A program made the translations under genes and the position numbers. This document shows, one piece after another, positions 1 through 11,521 of a DNA stretch of 64,000 nucleotides. Every line of letters begins with the position of its first letter. Position 1 is the stretch's first letter. The notes beneath the pieces are model-generated. The model had not been told where the DNA came from and made no database searches. It saw only the letters and a list, made by a program, of their open reading frames with translations. Origin of the DNA: Pseudovirgaria hyperparasitica (Eukaryota); NCBI GenBank assembly GCA_010093815.1, contig ML996570.1; one strand, written 5' to 3'.

Positions 1-459
1 ACAGGTACACTCACGACTCACGCACACACACACATAAAGCGGGGCCGTCACGTTTACGTTTCGTTTCGTCTTCTTCATCTTCATTTTTCTTTCCCACGCA
101 GGCCAGCTGGTTTCCGAATCGTTTCGAGAACGTGGGCTTCCCTCATCAATTACCCGCTTTGTTCGTCTGTCTCGGCCTGTTTCCCCACACATCACACCCG
201 CACATCCCAGCCTTGGGAGGATTAAAGCTTATAAGAGGAAAGAAATACGGGTGGTGGTATGTCACTGGTTTTGTAGGATGATGGATGGCTAGGATGGCGG
301 TGTTAGTTGGCCTTGCTTGAGCCACTGCTTGATACTGGACACTGGAAAGACGGCGTCTATGCTTGGTTGTGGACAATTTTTCCTTGGCAAAGGGCATGTG
401 CTGTGCATGAACGCTGGTATGGGCGTAACTTTGTTTTCTGTTGTGTCGTTGGGAGATGT

Positions 460-484
460 ACACACACACACACGCACACACACA
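460..484. repeat. (AC)n microsatellite
   Basis: ACACACACACACACGCACACACACA; a shorter similar run lies at about 17-35. Confidence 0.85.
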
Positions 485-1241
485 GTTTGGTTCTTGCTGA
501 ATCGCGGCTGTAGGAGAGTGGTGGGGAACTAATTAAACAGAGGCAGAGTCTCTCACAATACAGTATACAATTACCCACGCCACACTCCTACACCTATAGT
601 GTCGGCCATCTCTTTGATTTTTAGATGGACGTAATGGTAATGCTAGGAAACCCCGGGCGCTAGTGAGTGTAATGTCTACCGTCTGGTCTTGGCGGCCATG
701 TAAACACAAGTCTATAGCCCTGCCCTCACGCTCCCCCCTCTCCTCCTGCCCCTCCTCCCCAGGGGCTATAACCATCCCGATGCCCTCAGCCAACATTCCC
801 GACAACAACTGTATCACCTCTACAAACCGACCGTGATCCGGGAAAGACGATGCTCAATCCATCATCCGAGCGTCTGCACGCGCGCCCCGCCCAACCACGT
901 TTCAACACGATTCGTCTCCGCGACTAACCGCAATAGGCAAGTATAATACATCAACGTGAAACGGTGCGCCAACAGGGTGCTGCTATTGTTCAACCCTGGA
1001 TCCCCCGGGCGGACATGAGCGGCGGGCGCTTCACCATTGTTTCGTTTGCCAGGACGTCCCGGATGTGTGAAATAAGCAGGAGCGGCGGGATCCAGCAGGA
1101 TGCTGTTTGTGATCTGAGGCTTGGCTTGGTGTGATCGCAGGCGTATCTGCTCGTGTGGCACCCTCATAAATTCTGCTGCGGGAGGCGTTGCCGTTGGGCC
1201 TCCCGGCTTGGCCTGGCCTGGCTTGATGGAAGCTCTTATCG

Positions 1242-3779
1242 TCAAGCCGCTGATGCCATGATACATTGTCCAACCGACGACGGCCTCGATGACATCCACT
1301 GATGGCCGTTTTGACCGGAACGTGTCTCCCTTGCCAGATGTCCAAGCACCTGGATGTACGGCCAGGAGCAACCCCAGGAGGTCAAGGTCCGCAGAATTCG
1401 CTCTCCTCTCTCCGCAATCCGGATTGGACCTGTGGGCTCGCTTAGGTCGCCAACTCCAGTAAGGAATGCACGCATCGACTTCCCGTGCTTGACAAACGAC
1501 TGCACGAGCTCGTCGTCCGACGGTCGGTCTAGGTTGATGACGACTGGTCGTCCAGAGTCGGTATCAGACGACGAGTCGTCGCCGTTGGTCTCGGTACCCT
1601 GAGGCCATTGGAAAGTCGAGTACGACCAGAGCACCAGAGACGCTAGAAATATCGCGGCTGGCTCGTAGAAGCCGGCCGCCGAATATCTGCCAACGTGCCA
1701 GAACAATACTCCAGCATGTATCATGGCCAGTCTGGCCTTATACTGGTCATGTTGCAGCCACTTGTGGATCTCCCGGCGTGTCTTCGCCTCGTCTGTTGCA
1801 CTGCTGAAAGGCTGCAGACCTGCCCGGTGGAACGCAAGCTTCGAGATGCTCTCGTAGGGAGTCAGCAGCACGATTCGCGCCAGGTGGAGATGCAGAACCG
1901 TGGGATGTTCCATGCCCGACGCAGCCCCAATGACGCTGTTTGCACTCCAATGGAGGACATCTAGACAGTCGCATGCCGCGTTTCTCCAAGCCCCGAAAAG
2001 GGGTATCCCGGGCAGCCATCTTTCTGTACCGGACGGCGAATCTTGCATCCCATCTTGGCCGGAGAACGGAACGTAATGTGACAATGGCTGACGCACGTAT
2101 CTTTCAACATCCCATGTTCTCTGAAAAACTGCATGGATGAGTAACACTCGGCTGAACTCTCCTGCGGTCGGGTGAATGTACTTTTTGACATAGAGCGCTT
2201 CTGACGCTGCCACTAGAGTGGGCATTGGTGTCGACATCTTGTAAAGTTCTGACCATTCTGTAGCGGACTTTGCTTCAAAAACAACTTCTTGACATGGCAT
2301 CGCCACCGTCGCATGCTCAAGGGAGAGCAAGGGAGTCATGTCGAACTGGTATGCGAGCATTGCGTCAACCAGCCAAATCCCATAGCCCGTACGTCTCAAG
2401 GATTCTCGATGAGCCCACCGAGTCCAGAAACTTGGGTTGGCCTGGAGCTCAGAATTGTCTTCAGACGACGTCCAGGTCTCCTTACAGAAATCACATAACA
2501 CTGACCGTTCCTTCTTTGCTTCTCGTACAAAGCGTTTATTGCCAGAATACATCATGCATACGTGACCAAGAAGCCGTGCCTGTGTGAGCTCTAGCTCCTG
2601 AGGTGCGCAGCGATAGTAGAGATCTGGGTTTGACAACAGCAGGAGGCATCTTCGGAGAAATTCTTGGAATGAGATGGCCAGGGGACGCAGGTCCGAATTG
2701 GACGAAAACTGGGCTCCTGCTGTAGCTAATGCTAAGGGCAGGATCCAATGCGTATGGGACAATTGCATAGTCGGTACATGGAGGATGGGCATCAAAGGAT
2801 TAAAATGGTCAAAATATTGGTCGATCAGATAGTTGATGAGCTCCCGTGACGGCAGAATCTCGCTCTCAAATCGACTTTGGAACCAGCTGGACACACATGT
2901 GTCTTGGTAGCTCTGGCATAGTTGCATGTACATGTCATCGTTGATGAACGACTTCGCGGTGATTGGTGCAGGCATGTCTGGGAGCGCATAACGTTGATGG
3001 TCCTCGTTGAAGATATCAGCGGGCGGTGTATGCGATTCGTCCACGGTCAGTCTTCGTCTTTTCACACGGGATTGTCTGCTGCCACTGCCTTCGACATAGT
3101 ATCGAGCCGTGCGATCGTTGATGACCAAACTTGTGCTACCCACCGGAGTTCCCGAATCAAAGACAGACGTGTCGACATTGGGTGAAGCCGTTACATTCGG
3201 ACTTTGCAGATTATTGGGCGAGAGATAAAATTGGGCGCTCATGGTGGATGGTGCCACTGCCATTGGCGGCAGCGTAAAGTCCAAGTTCATTTGGTTGCTG
3301 TGAGCACCCTGACCTACATCCATCCAGCTGATCAGGTTTGGTGGAGACATATCGACCGGTTGTGAATCATGACTTTGAGCGTCGCGATGTTGGTCGTTTT
3401 CGCCAGACTCGCATTGGGCCTCATTCAAAGACCCTGGAGAAGCATAGTTGCAATCCAACGCCTTTCCATCGCATCTGCGACAAGGATGCTCTCCAGTACA
3501 TTTCGTCTTGGCAGCAACGCAGTGAACGCAGGCTTTTGGCACCTTGACGCCTCCCTGGCGCTGTGGGTCTTGATGGGTCAGGCTGTGTCGCTTCAAGGAG
3601 TCCAGTCGAGCAAAGCTTTTGTTGCATATAACGCATTGATGGGAGTGATCGCCTTGCACATGGCTTTGCTCATGCCGACGAAGGTGTGTTAGTCGCCCAA
3701 AAGCTTTGTCGCATTGCGCACAACCATAAGGCCGGTCGCGCTCTCGTGAAGGCTCTGAAGTGACAGAGCCCTCATCCAT
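1242..3779 (-). CDS. Transcription factor with two C2H2 fingers, a Zn2Cys6 cluster and a fungal TF middle-homology domain
   Basis: ORF 1242..3812 with first ATG at 3779. Motifs: CAQCDKAFGRLTHLRRHEQSH, CVICNKSFARLDSLKRHSLTH, ACVHCVAAKTKCTGEHPCRRCDGKALDC, and YFDHFNPLMPILHVPT. Confidence 0.9.
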   Translation of the reverse strand: MDEGSVTSEPSRERDRPYGCAQCDKAFGRLTHLRRHEQSHVQGDHSHQCVICNKSFARLDSLKRHSLTHQDPQRQGGVKVPKACVHCVAAKTKCTGEHPCRRCDGKALDCNYASPGSLNEAQCESGENDQHRDAQSHDSQPVDMSPPNLISWMDVGQGAHSNQMNLDFTLPPMAVAPSTMSAQFYLSPNNLQSPNVTASPNVDTSVFDSGTPVGSTSLVINDRTARYYVEGSGSRQSRVKRRRLTVDESHTPPADIFNEDHQRYALPDMPAPITAKSFINDDMYMQLCQSYQDTCVSSWFQSRFESEILPSRELINYLIDQYFDHFNPLMPILHVPTMQLSHTHWILPLALATAGAQFSSNSDLRPLAISFQEFLRRCLLLLSNPDLYYRCAPQELELTQARLLGHVCMMYSGNKRFVREAKKERSVLCDFCKETWTSSEDNSELQANPSFWTRWAHRESLRRTGYGIWLVDAMLAYQFDMTPLLSLEHATVAMPCQEVVFEAKSATEWSELYKMSTPMPTLVAASEALYVKKYIHPTAGEFSRVLLIHAVFQRTWDVERYVRQPLSHYVPFSGQDGMQDSPSGTERWLPGIPLFGAWRNAACDCLDVLHWSANSVIGAASGMEHPTVLHLHLARIVLLTPYESISKLAFHRAGLQPFSSATDEAKTRREIHKWLQHDQYKARLAMIHAGVLFWHVGRYSAAGFYEPAAIFLASLVLWSYSTFQWPQGTETNGDDSSSDTDSGRPVVINLDRPSDDELVQSFVKHGKSMRAFLTGVGDLSEPTGPIRIAERGERILRTLTSWGCSWPYIQVLGHLARETRSGQNGHQWMSSRPSSVGQCIMASAA

Positions 3780-4228
3780 CGTGGGCCCATGCGTCGTGTC
3801 GTGATAGATCACGACGCGCAGTCTGCTCGACGACTCGATGTATCAGAGACAAACTTGTGGAGAAAGTTTGCGGGGGATGCGGGAATTGCTGCCGATAATC
3901 CGGGGTGCAGGTGAAGCTGCAGCAGGAGTCCTGGGTAGGTAATTAAGTCAATAATGCTGGCGTCATGGTCCGGGCTTCACGTGCGCTAGTCAGTATTCAC
4001 GCCTGAGGCTGCTAGAAGTGACTTGATTGCATCAATACCAATATCAGTATCGATGTGGGTGCCCTCGTCGAGGCATTGATCCCCATCATTGCATTCCCAC
4101 AGATGACTATCCAATTCGAACAAGAGTTTTCACCTCTATCCTATTGTCCCTTTCTGCATTTTCGACTTTCAACTCGCGACTAATAACAGAAGTAGCTTCA
4201 GCATCACAGCTACTGTACCCTCCCACGC

Positions 4229-5017
4229 CTAGGACTTGCGCCTCCAGTGTGGCTTCTTTTCAAGGTTGTAATGCCTCTTGTATCCGACCTTCACAGGCCT
4301 TCCCTTGATCTGCGCCTCCCACGCCTGCTGGAGTTGTTCCCATATAAACTTGTGGCCTCTGTGGGCATCTTCCTTGCGGTACACATGGTCGAATTCGCGC
4401 ATATCCTCCTCCCAGTCCCACTTGCTGTAGTACTCTGAGCATGGCGTGATAAGGTGTGAGCAGGCTGTAAACATGCCTAGGCCCTTCTGCAAACTGACAG
4501 CATGAGCGCCATTGGCAAAGAAGTGCGGAAGAAAGTGTACATAGATCTGCGGAGCGGGACTGCGTATAGCGACGTCTTTACCCGGGAGTGGAGGATGTTT
4601 GATCTTTTCGGTGGCAGAAACGGCGAGAAATTTGGCAATGACCGGATGATCGTGCTGATAGCTGGACCAGTAGTAGATGTGCTGGTCAAATTCTTCGTAC
4701 GGAACCAAGGGTGCATATTTTGGTGTTGTTTTTGGTAGACTGTTTGGTTGGGACTTTTGGAGAGACTCGTGTGAGACCTTGAGTTTGACAATCTTGCCTT
4801 TAGTAACGTCGAAATCGATGTGCCTTATGCACTTGGGCTCCGGTTTGACCTTATCACAGTCGGGGCTTTCGCGCTTCAGCCGCGGAACGATTTGTTGTGT
4901 GGAGATCGGCTCGGATTCTGAGCTCTCAACGCCAGCGAGCTTCGCTCGCGTGACATTGGCCAGAATAGAGCTGCCCTCCTCGTCAAAATTCGGAATTCCG
5001 GCGTCCTGAGTTGCCAT
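4229..5017 (-). CDS. Hypothetical protein, 262 aa
   Basis: ATG-initiated ORF in good context (GCCATG on the plus strand) with protein-like composition; no recognised motif. Confidence 0.6.
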   Translation of the reverse strand: MATQDAGIPNFDEEGSSILANVTRAKLAGVESSESEPISTQQIVPRLKRESPDCDKVKPEPKCIRHIDFDVTKGKIVKLKVSHESLQKSQPNSLPKTTPKYAPLVPYEEFDQHIYYWSSYQHDHPVIAKFLAVSATEKIKHPPLPGKDVAIRSPAPQIYVHFLPHFFANGAHAVSLQKGLGMFTACSHLITPCSEYYSKWDWEEDMREFDHVYRKEDAHRGHKFIWEQLQQAWEAQIKGRPVKVGYKRHYNLEKKPHWRRKS

Positions 5018-5395
5018 GGAGATGATGGGATGGGACCGAAAGAACGGATGTCTTTCTGTTCAAAAGCGAGACGGTAGTAGAGAATTTGGACGGAGTTTAT
5101 GTGTAGATCTGTGCTCTAGCTCTTCACTGTAGAGTGACAACAGGAACCAGTTCACCACCGTCCTCACAGAGCCTTCACTGGGTCTTGTCTGGGCTTAAGC
5201 TTTGTTGTGCATTGTTCGCCGCGAGCGTGAACATAACAGCTCCATTGAGAAAACAATGTCTGCGTCACGTCTACCTGTAGCTCACCACAGCCCGCGCTTT
5301 TTCTACTGTCCATGATATTGACCAGTTACAGCCAGAATGTCCTGGATATGCAGCGGCAATGCTGCGTCATAGTAAAGAGAAACCTCGCAATCGTC

Positions 5396-5980
5396 TCATT
5401 CCACTTCAACCAGGCTGTTAGTTATGGGACCCATCCGCGAGAAGGGCCACCAGCAATAGATGACCTTGCCTTCAATGAGTGCCAACGGTATGGGACCAAA
5501 CAGTCGAGAATCGAGTGAAAACGCCAGATTGTCGCCGGCTACGAAACAATGGCCTGGAGGCACCTATTGGGATTCAGTCGATGGTCCGGTGGTAGACATG
5601 TAAGCTCCACGCACCTGTATCATTGCATCGCTGGGGCCATCTGGGGAGTTTAGCATGACAAAGTCGCCAGGCATACCGATGACCCTCTTTAGTGCGCCGT
5701 TGCGATATTTGACCGGGTGCTTGAACGTCACGACATCGCCAACCTTCACACCGTAGCCTTGTCTGTATCTTTTGGAGACTATGACACCGTCACCTTTGAA
5801 ATACAGCGTTGGAATCATGCTTGCACCCCATGGGTTACAGGGTGAGTAGCAGTAGGTAGTGAAGAAGTGACTGAACAGGAGAAGGTTCGTGGTGGTGATA
5901 CAGAGACCAAATGTTGTCCGACGACCATCAGATCTGCGTAGAGGGGGAACAGAGAATCTGAAGCGCTTTAGGAAAGACAT
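5396..5980 (-). CDS. IMP1: Mitochondrial inner membrane peptidase subunit (S26 family), two exons
   Basis: Exon 1 has GASMIPTL (catalytic Ser) and ALKRVIGMPGD (catalytic Lys). Intron 5614-5564 (GTGCGT..CTGAAT..TAG). Exon 2 reads VPPGHCFVAGDNLAFSLDSRLFGPIPLALIEGKV..stop at 5396. Confidence 0.88.
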
Positions 5981-6207
5981 TATGAAGACGGTCGATAGAT
6001 GTGAAGGATCTGAAGACCTAGAGTATCACATTGATCGAGCTTTGCAAACGTTCGAGCACGCCGAGACCGAGATTCTCCCTGCTCCCATACTGCTCCCTAC
6101 AAACTGATAACTCTACAATCAAGAGAACGACGGACGTGAAGCTACAGCACAGCAGAGCTCCAGAGCATGTCTATCAACGATACCCACAGCCTATCGCAGC
6201 CTCCAAC

Positions 6208-7384
6208 ATGAGCAACGATCCCCAGCTCCAGGAAAAATTGGCAGACGCTGTAAGAGGTTCTTCCGAACCACCACACACCCCGAAATCCCAATACTGACCC
6301 TGTTTCAACAGACCTCATAACCACCTACCATGAACTCAACCCAGACACCATCGACGAGCTGGTCGAAGAGCCGAGCCCACTAGAGTTCATGCGCTATGTC
6401 GCGCGCAACCGACCCTTTGTGATCCGCCGCGGCGCACAGGACTGGCCTGCATGCAAGAAATGGAACGCTCAATACCTGCGCGCCGCCATGGGTGAGCAGG
6501 AAGTAAACGTATCCTGTACACCACACGGGTGCGTCACCACAAGACAACTCTCTCCCCTCGAATCCTACCACGAGAGGTCTTCACTTGGAAGCAGCACGTC
6601 TTGTTAACACAGACCCCCAACACACAGCAACGCAGACGCCCCTCTCCACGACCCATCCTCCTCAGATGATCCCCTCTTCGTCAAACCCCACGAATACATC
6701 TCGCCCTTCTCGCGCGCAATCGCGGACATAACCGCACAATCGCACGCTCCCCAGTCCGCCTCATCCTCCACACATTTGACCCGCTACCTACAAACGCAGA
6801 ACAACAACCTCCCCAACGAATATGCGGCGCTAGCACCCGACATTCCAGCCTCAATCCCATTCGCGCACATCGCCCTCTCCAACCCGCCCGACGCGGTCAA
6901 TTTCTGGCTCGGCAACGCACACAGCGTGACGGCGCTGCACAAGGACAACTACGAGAACATATACGTCCAGGTCGTGGGTACAAAGTCGTTTGTGCTGCTG
7001 CCGCCTGTTGATGCGCCGTGTGTGAATGAGCGTGATTTGCCTGCTGCTACGTATACACCGTCTCCAGGAGCACCGTCAGAAACCCCCACTGCCCTCACAC
7101 CCACCCTCGATAGCCCACCATCGACAGTCCCAACAGCAACGTGGGACCCAGACACACCGACAGAGTACACAACACGCTTCTCGCACCTTGCACGGCCGAT
7201 GCGCGTGCGACTTGCGCCCGGGGACATACTATATCTGCCCGCGCTGTGGTACCATAAAGTCAGCCAGGAGTGTTCGGGTGAAGGGATCTGTGTGGCGGTA
7301 AATTACTGGTATGATATGGAGTTTGCGGGTGGGTTTTGGAGTATGTGTGGATTTGTGCGTGGATTCGTGAAGTCTTTAGGATGA
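6208..7384 (+). CDS. JmjC/cupin-like 2-oxoglutarate oxygenase (JMJD7-like), three exons
   Basis: ATG 6208; introns about 6257-6311 and 6529-6627. Motifs EPSPLEFMRYVARNRPFVIR, NFWLGNAHSVTALHKDNYEN (HxD) and LYLPALWYHKV. Confidence 0.88.
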
Positions 7385-7670
7385 GAGAGGAGTGGATGAT
7401 GGAGTGGCAGGGAAGGAAGGAAAGATGGGGTAGTACTGGCAGTGATATGTACGCATATCGGAGATGATGAATGAGATAACAGATGAAGAGTTCTGTGAAC
7501 GCGAAAAGTTTAAAAAAAAGTCTTGCGAGTCCACCTGCCCGTGTCCTGAAGGTGTCAGGCATGCGGTGTCTGGATCTATATCTAGGGTATCGTTACACCT
7601 CGCGTCCAGATTCAAGTGCCATACCCGGCTCAAACGCCATCCCAATGCAGTACCTCCTTTTTCCACCTCT

Positions 7671-9656
7671 CTACTTCTTATACCTGATCTTGACACCGGC
7701 CCCAGTCACACTCGCCCACACACTCTCCCCAACCCGGGTCGGCAACTTTCGCCCTTTAAGCCTCTGATCCACCAACCATAGGCCCACCACAAACTCTTCT
7801 TTCGTCAACCTGCCAACTTTTCTTGAATCTACCAGATCCCACACCTCTTCAAGCACGTGGTCCTGCAGCCGACTTCTGGCCCAAATGTCCCTGACCACGA
7901 GATCCAGGACGTCTGCCGATTCATCCCCAAAGCGTTTATGCGGCTCGATGGTCGCGGGACTGATAAGCAACCCTTTGTTGGCCGCCCATACACCTTCGTA
8001 GCGCTTGCGCTCGTGTATTGTAATGGCATCGCGCCAGCGCTTGCGCGCACCTTCGTGGTGCTTGTTTGGGTGTTTGCGCCGAAACATTCCCTTGCGCTTG
8101 TGATGATTATCGTCAGAGCTGGATTCCGAGCTCTCATCTTTGCGCATGGTCTGGCGCAGCTTTCCAGGTTGCTTGATGGGACTTGGCGTCCGCGACTTGT
8201 GACCAAAGAAGGTGTGGTGCATGTGGCCTGGCCTTTCGTGGCGACGGGGTAGAGGAGGTGCGGCGGCCCGGGCCGGGGAGATTTGGCGGGAGGGATTCTT
8301 CGATGATGCGAGGGCGGCGCCAACGATCGCGTTGGCGAGAGAGTCGCCGGTCATGTGGGCCGTGATACGTTGGAGATTTTCGCGGCCATAGGCAGAGTTT
8401 GGAACGGACGTTGGTCGCATGTATGGCTCGGCTGTCATTTGGCGCTGAAGGGAATTTTGTCTGTTCAATCTATGTGGCATGAGTTTCGATGGACTGACGG
8501 ACGTTGCTGTCCCTAGAGCGGTTTGTGACCGTCGTACCCTCCGCGGTGGACGAGGTTCTGGTTTTGACTTTGGTACGTGCGTTTCCTGGACCTCGTCGAC
8601 AGTCTCGGCGGCAGAAGCGTAAGATGAGACAGGCGATATCTGCTCCCCTCCATCTGTGGCAGGTCGAAGTGCTGATATATTTATTGGATTGGATTGGGGG
8701 ACGTGGCGCGTCGGTAGTACCTTTTTCTGCGAAGCTGCCTGTTTCTCACTGTTCATACTCTTTATCGACGACAGCCGCTGCGGCTTAGGGGCCGGGGCCG
8801 GGGCTGAACTACCCGTCATTGACTGGTTGACTTCTTTAGCTGCCTCGCGAACGCTCCTCTCATCTTCCACCTTCTTGATGGAGAATGTCCTTCGTGGAGT
8901 TGGCGAGAGTATCACTGGTTGAGGAACGGTGTTTTCCTCCGTACCTGGCGTATCAGACTTGGAACCATCAGAACCATTAGTCGATCTAGCTTGCTCGAAC
9001 ATTTTCACTAGCGCAGATGTTGGAGGTATAGATGTCTCGTCGGTGGGTTTCTCTTGTGGAGGCGGCGGCAAGGTGATGCTGCCTTGTGATGCGATTTCCT
9101 GCTGTCTGATGACATCGGAAGAACTCTTATGCGCTGCTGCCTTCTGTGCAGCGCTATGTGCGCCACGCATTGTATCCCTCATATCTTCGCCCGCACGGTG
9201 TGTCTGACTAGGTTTCTGTTGTAGCTTATGAACCATAGGAGTATGTCTGGCTGCTGCCAGCGTGGCCGCAATATTGGAAGGAGAAATGGTCCTACTGGCT
9301 GCCGGATCGACCGGGAGGTGTAGCATATCTGTTGACGAAGGATTTCGGGGTTGCCATCGCGACGGAGAGGGGCTTGCGGTTGAATGTCTTGTGCTGCTTC
9401 CTGTACTCTGTCGTGACAATGATCCCACGAATGAAGGGTTGTATGTAGGCGAGCTCTGTTGCGAACCGGCTTTTGTAGCAGCTATGAGTGCTCCATGGGC
9501 CCCCGCATAGTTCGGAAAGGTTGGCTTTGGTTTCAGTGGTGGCTTTGCAAAGGCCGTGGAGGCACCCTTTAGAGCAGCGCCAGGCGTGTTATGGGGGACT
9601 GTAGACCTTGAAGGGGACGTAGTCGTTGATGACGGCACACTGCTGATGCTCGTCAT
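7671..9656 (-). CDS. IRS4/TAX4-like protein with C-terminal EH domain
   Basis: 661-aa low-complexity ORF ending HHEGARKRWRDAITIHERKRYEGVWAANKG..VRDIWARSRL..LEEVWDLVD..LTKEEFVVGLWLVDQRLKGRKLP. Confidence 0.85.
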   Translation of the reverse strand: MTSISSVPSSTTTSPSRSTVPHNTPGAALKGASTAFAKPPLKPKPTFPNYAGAHGALIAATKAGSQQSSPTYNPSFVGSLSRQSTGSSTRHSTASPSPSRWQPRNPSSTDMLHLPVDPAASRTISPSNIAATLAAARHTPMVHKLQQKPSQTHRAGEDMRDTMRGAHSAAQKAAAHKSSSDVIRQQEIASQGSITLPPPPQEKPTDETSIPPTSALVKMFEQARSTNGSDGSKSDTPGTEENTVPQPVILSPTPRRTFSIKKVEDERSVREAAKEVNQSMTGSSAPAPAPKPQRLSSIKSMNSEKQAASQKKVLPTRHVPQSNPINISALRPATDGGEQISPVSSYASAAETVDEVQETHVPKSKPEPRPPRRVRRSQTALGTATSVSPSKLMPHRLNRQNSLQRQMTAEPYMRPTSVPNSAYGRENLQRITAHMTGDSLANAIVGAALASSKNPSRQISPARAAAPPLPRRHERPGHMHHTFFGHKSRTPSPIKQPGKLRQTMRKDESSESSSDDNHHKRKGMFRRKHPNKHHEGARKRWRDAITIHERKRYEGVWAANKGLLISPATIEPHKRFGDESADVLDLVVRDIWARSRLQDHVLEEVWDLVDSRKVGRLTKEEFVVGLWLVDQRLKGRKLPTRVGESVWASVTGAGVKIRYKK

Positions 9657-10215
9657 GAAGTCATTTGGTGGATGGGCGTCGGTAGGACAGAGGCAGCTTG
9701 ACTATGAGCCTATTGGCTTATGAGCTTGTGGGCTTATGAGCTTATTGCATTGACCTTTCTGTGTTGTGTTGCCGTATCTGTGAAGCGATACAGGTGTAGA
9801 GGGCGTAATCTACGCAAAGCGAGTGGATTGGAAGTGAGGTAAAGAGCGTGTGATCGAGTGGAATGTCGAAGTTAGCCCTGACCCTGAAGGTTACCTATAT
9901 TACATGCATGCATGCAGGTCCACGGGTGGGCGACAAGACGTAAGCAGCTGCGCATTCAGGGAGGCTTGACCTTTGTCTCGTGGCTCGTCTCGCCCAGCTG
10001 ATGAATGGATGCCTGAGGTTGGCACCAAGTCCCCTAGCGTGATCCACCCAGGCAGGTAATTAATAGTAATTATAATTAGGTGTTGGTCATTGTCATCACA
10101 TCATCCATGAGCGAATGTATGAACATTTTACGGCCCTAGACGAATCGTTCATATATAGTTGCAATCTAACCTATCAACCGTTCCTCCGTACGTACTACTC
10201 AAAGCCCAAACACAC

Positions 10216-11116
10216 TTAAGCCGGCTTCCCCTGCTTAATCAGCGTGCTCAGCGTCTCATTCTTCAGCGTATACGCCGCGAATTCTGGATACTTTGCAACC
10301 AGAAGATCGCTGACTAGCCTCGCAAACACCACGCCGCCATGTGCGTTTAGATGCGTGTTATCCGTCGCGTTTAGGTTGTATGCGTGCGCCGCGTCCGGAC
10401 CTAGCGCGTTGACATATGCCGTCGAGGCCTTGTTCAGATCGATCCAGCGGGCGCCCGTGTTGCTGGCGGCGATCTTGGTACGGTTGACAACGTTTGCGAG
10501 GTCTTCGATTACTGCTGGTGGGGTGGCAGATGTGAATGTGCGGCGCGTGAGAGATGTTACGAGGATCTGTTTGTGTCAGTGCGCTGTCCGTACGAGTATC
10601 ATCAACGCTGTAGTTTGCTAGAGGATACACGTACTGGGGTGGCTCCTGCTGAGACAACTTCCTTCACAAATGTTTCAAGGTTTGTCTGGAACTGGTCGAG
10701 TGTGACGCCCGAGGTTGACTTCTGGTCGTTGTGGCCGAACTGGATGGTCACGTAGACTTGGTAGCTGGCCTTCTGGCTTTTGATACTGGACAGGACGTTC
10801 GCCCAGTCGCCGCCGGCGCGGAAGGAAGCTGTCGTAGCGCCCTGGACACGGTGTCAGTGCTGGACAGTAGGAAAAGAGACACTAGAGGCCCCGTGGAAGT
10901 ACGCACGCTATGCCCATAATTCTTCCCAGCGGCTCCGTTGGAAAGCGTAGTGCTGAGGAAGCCATCGCCCCAGCCTCCCTTTGGTGCTGTGGTAGAGTCT
11001 CCTGCTAGCAACCAGTACGGTGGTAGTGCTCGTGCCTGCAAACTGTCTCGCGGACGAGCAGTAACCACAGAAGATGCAGCAAGCAGAGAAGAGAGGATGG
11101 AAGTAAAAGAAAGCAT
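10216..11116 (-). CDS. Secreted SGNH/GDSL esterase, rhamnogalacturonan acetylesterase-like (CE12), intron-containing
   Basis: Signal peptide MLSFTSILSSLLAASS. Block I LAGDSTTA..GGWG, then NYGHSG-ATT, VTIQFGHNDQK and DNTHLN in downstream exons; stop after LIKQGKPA at 10216. Confidence 0.85.
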
Positions 11117-11521
11117 TTTGTTTTCTTGTCAAAGGAGTTATAGGTATGATTAGTGTCTCTACGCTTGCGCGCCGTCTTTCTTTATACCAAGCATCTGTTA
11201 CGGGATAGGCATGGGCAAGAGCAGGTTCCTTTGTCTGTGACGGCCATCATATTCCGGGGAGGACGATCCGTCTTCCATCTAGCCCAGACGACCGACAGTG
11301 CTTCGAGATGGATACGAGGTAAAAAGCATCGTTAGTTCATTAACCCGAAACTCCGACTCTACTTCTGCACTATGTGTATATTAACATACGCACGGCGGAG
11401 GAATTTCGGTCGAAAGGAACGAAGCGATTAACAGCTGATACACATTTGTGAACAAGATGCAGCCCGACTTGGGTGCGATCTTGTCTATGCAAGTATCCGT
11501 GTGCTATATCATCCAGGGGTA

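Noticed and set aside
146..1371. Short ORFs at the window start, including 862..1371
   Set aside because: Microsatellite-derived or overlapping the TF 3' end, with no recognisable motifs.
1242..3779. Assigning the TF as the melanin regulator Cmr1/Amr1
   Set aside because: The C2H2+Zn2Cys6 layout is shared by many paralogues, and no melanin PKS or reductase genes are adjacent.
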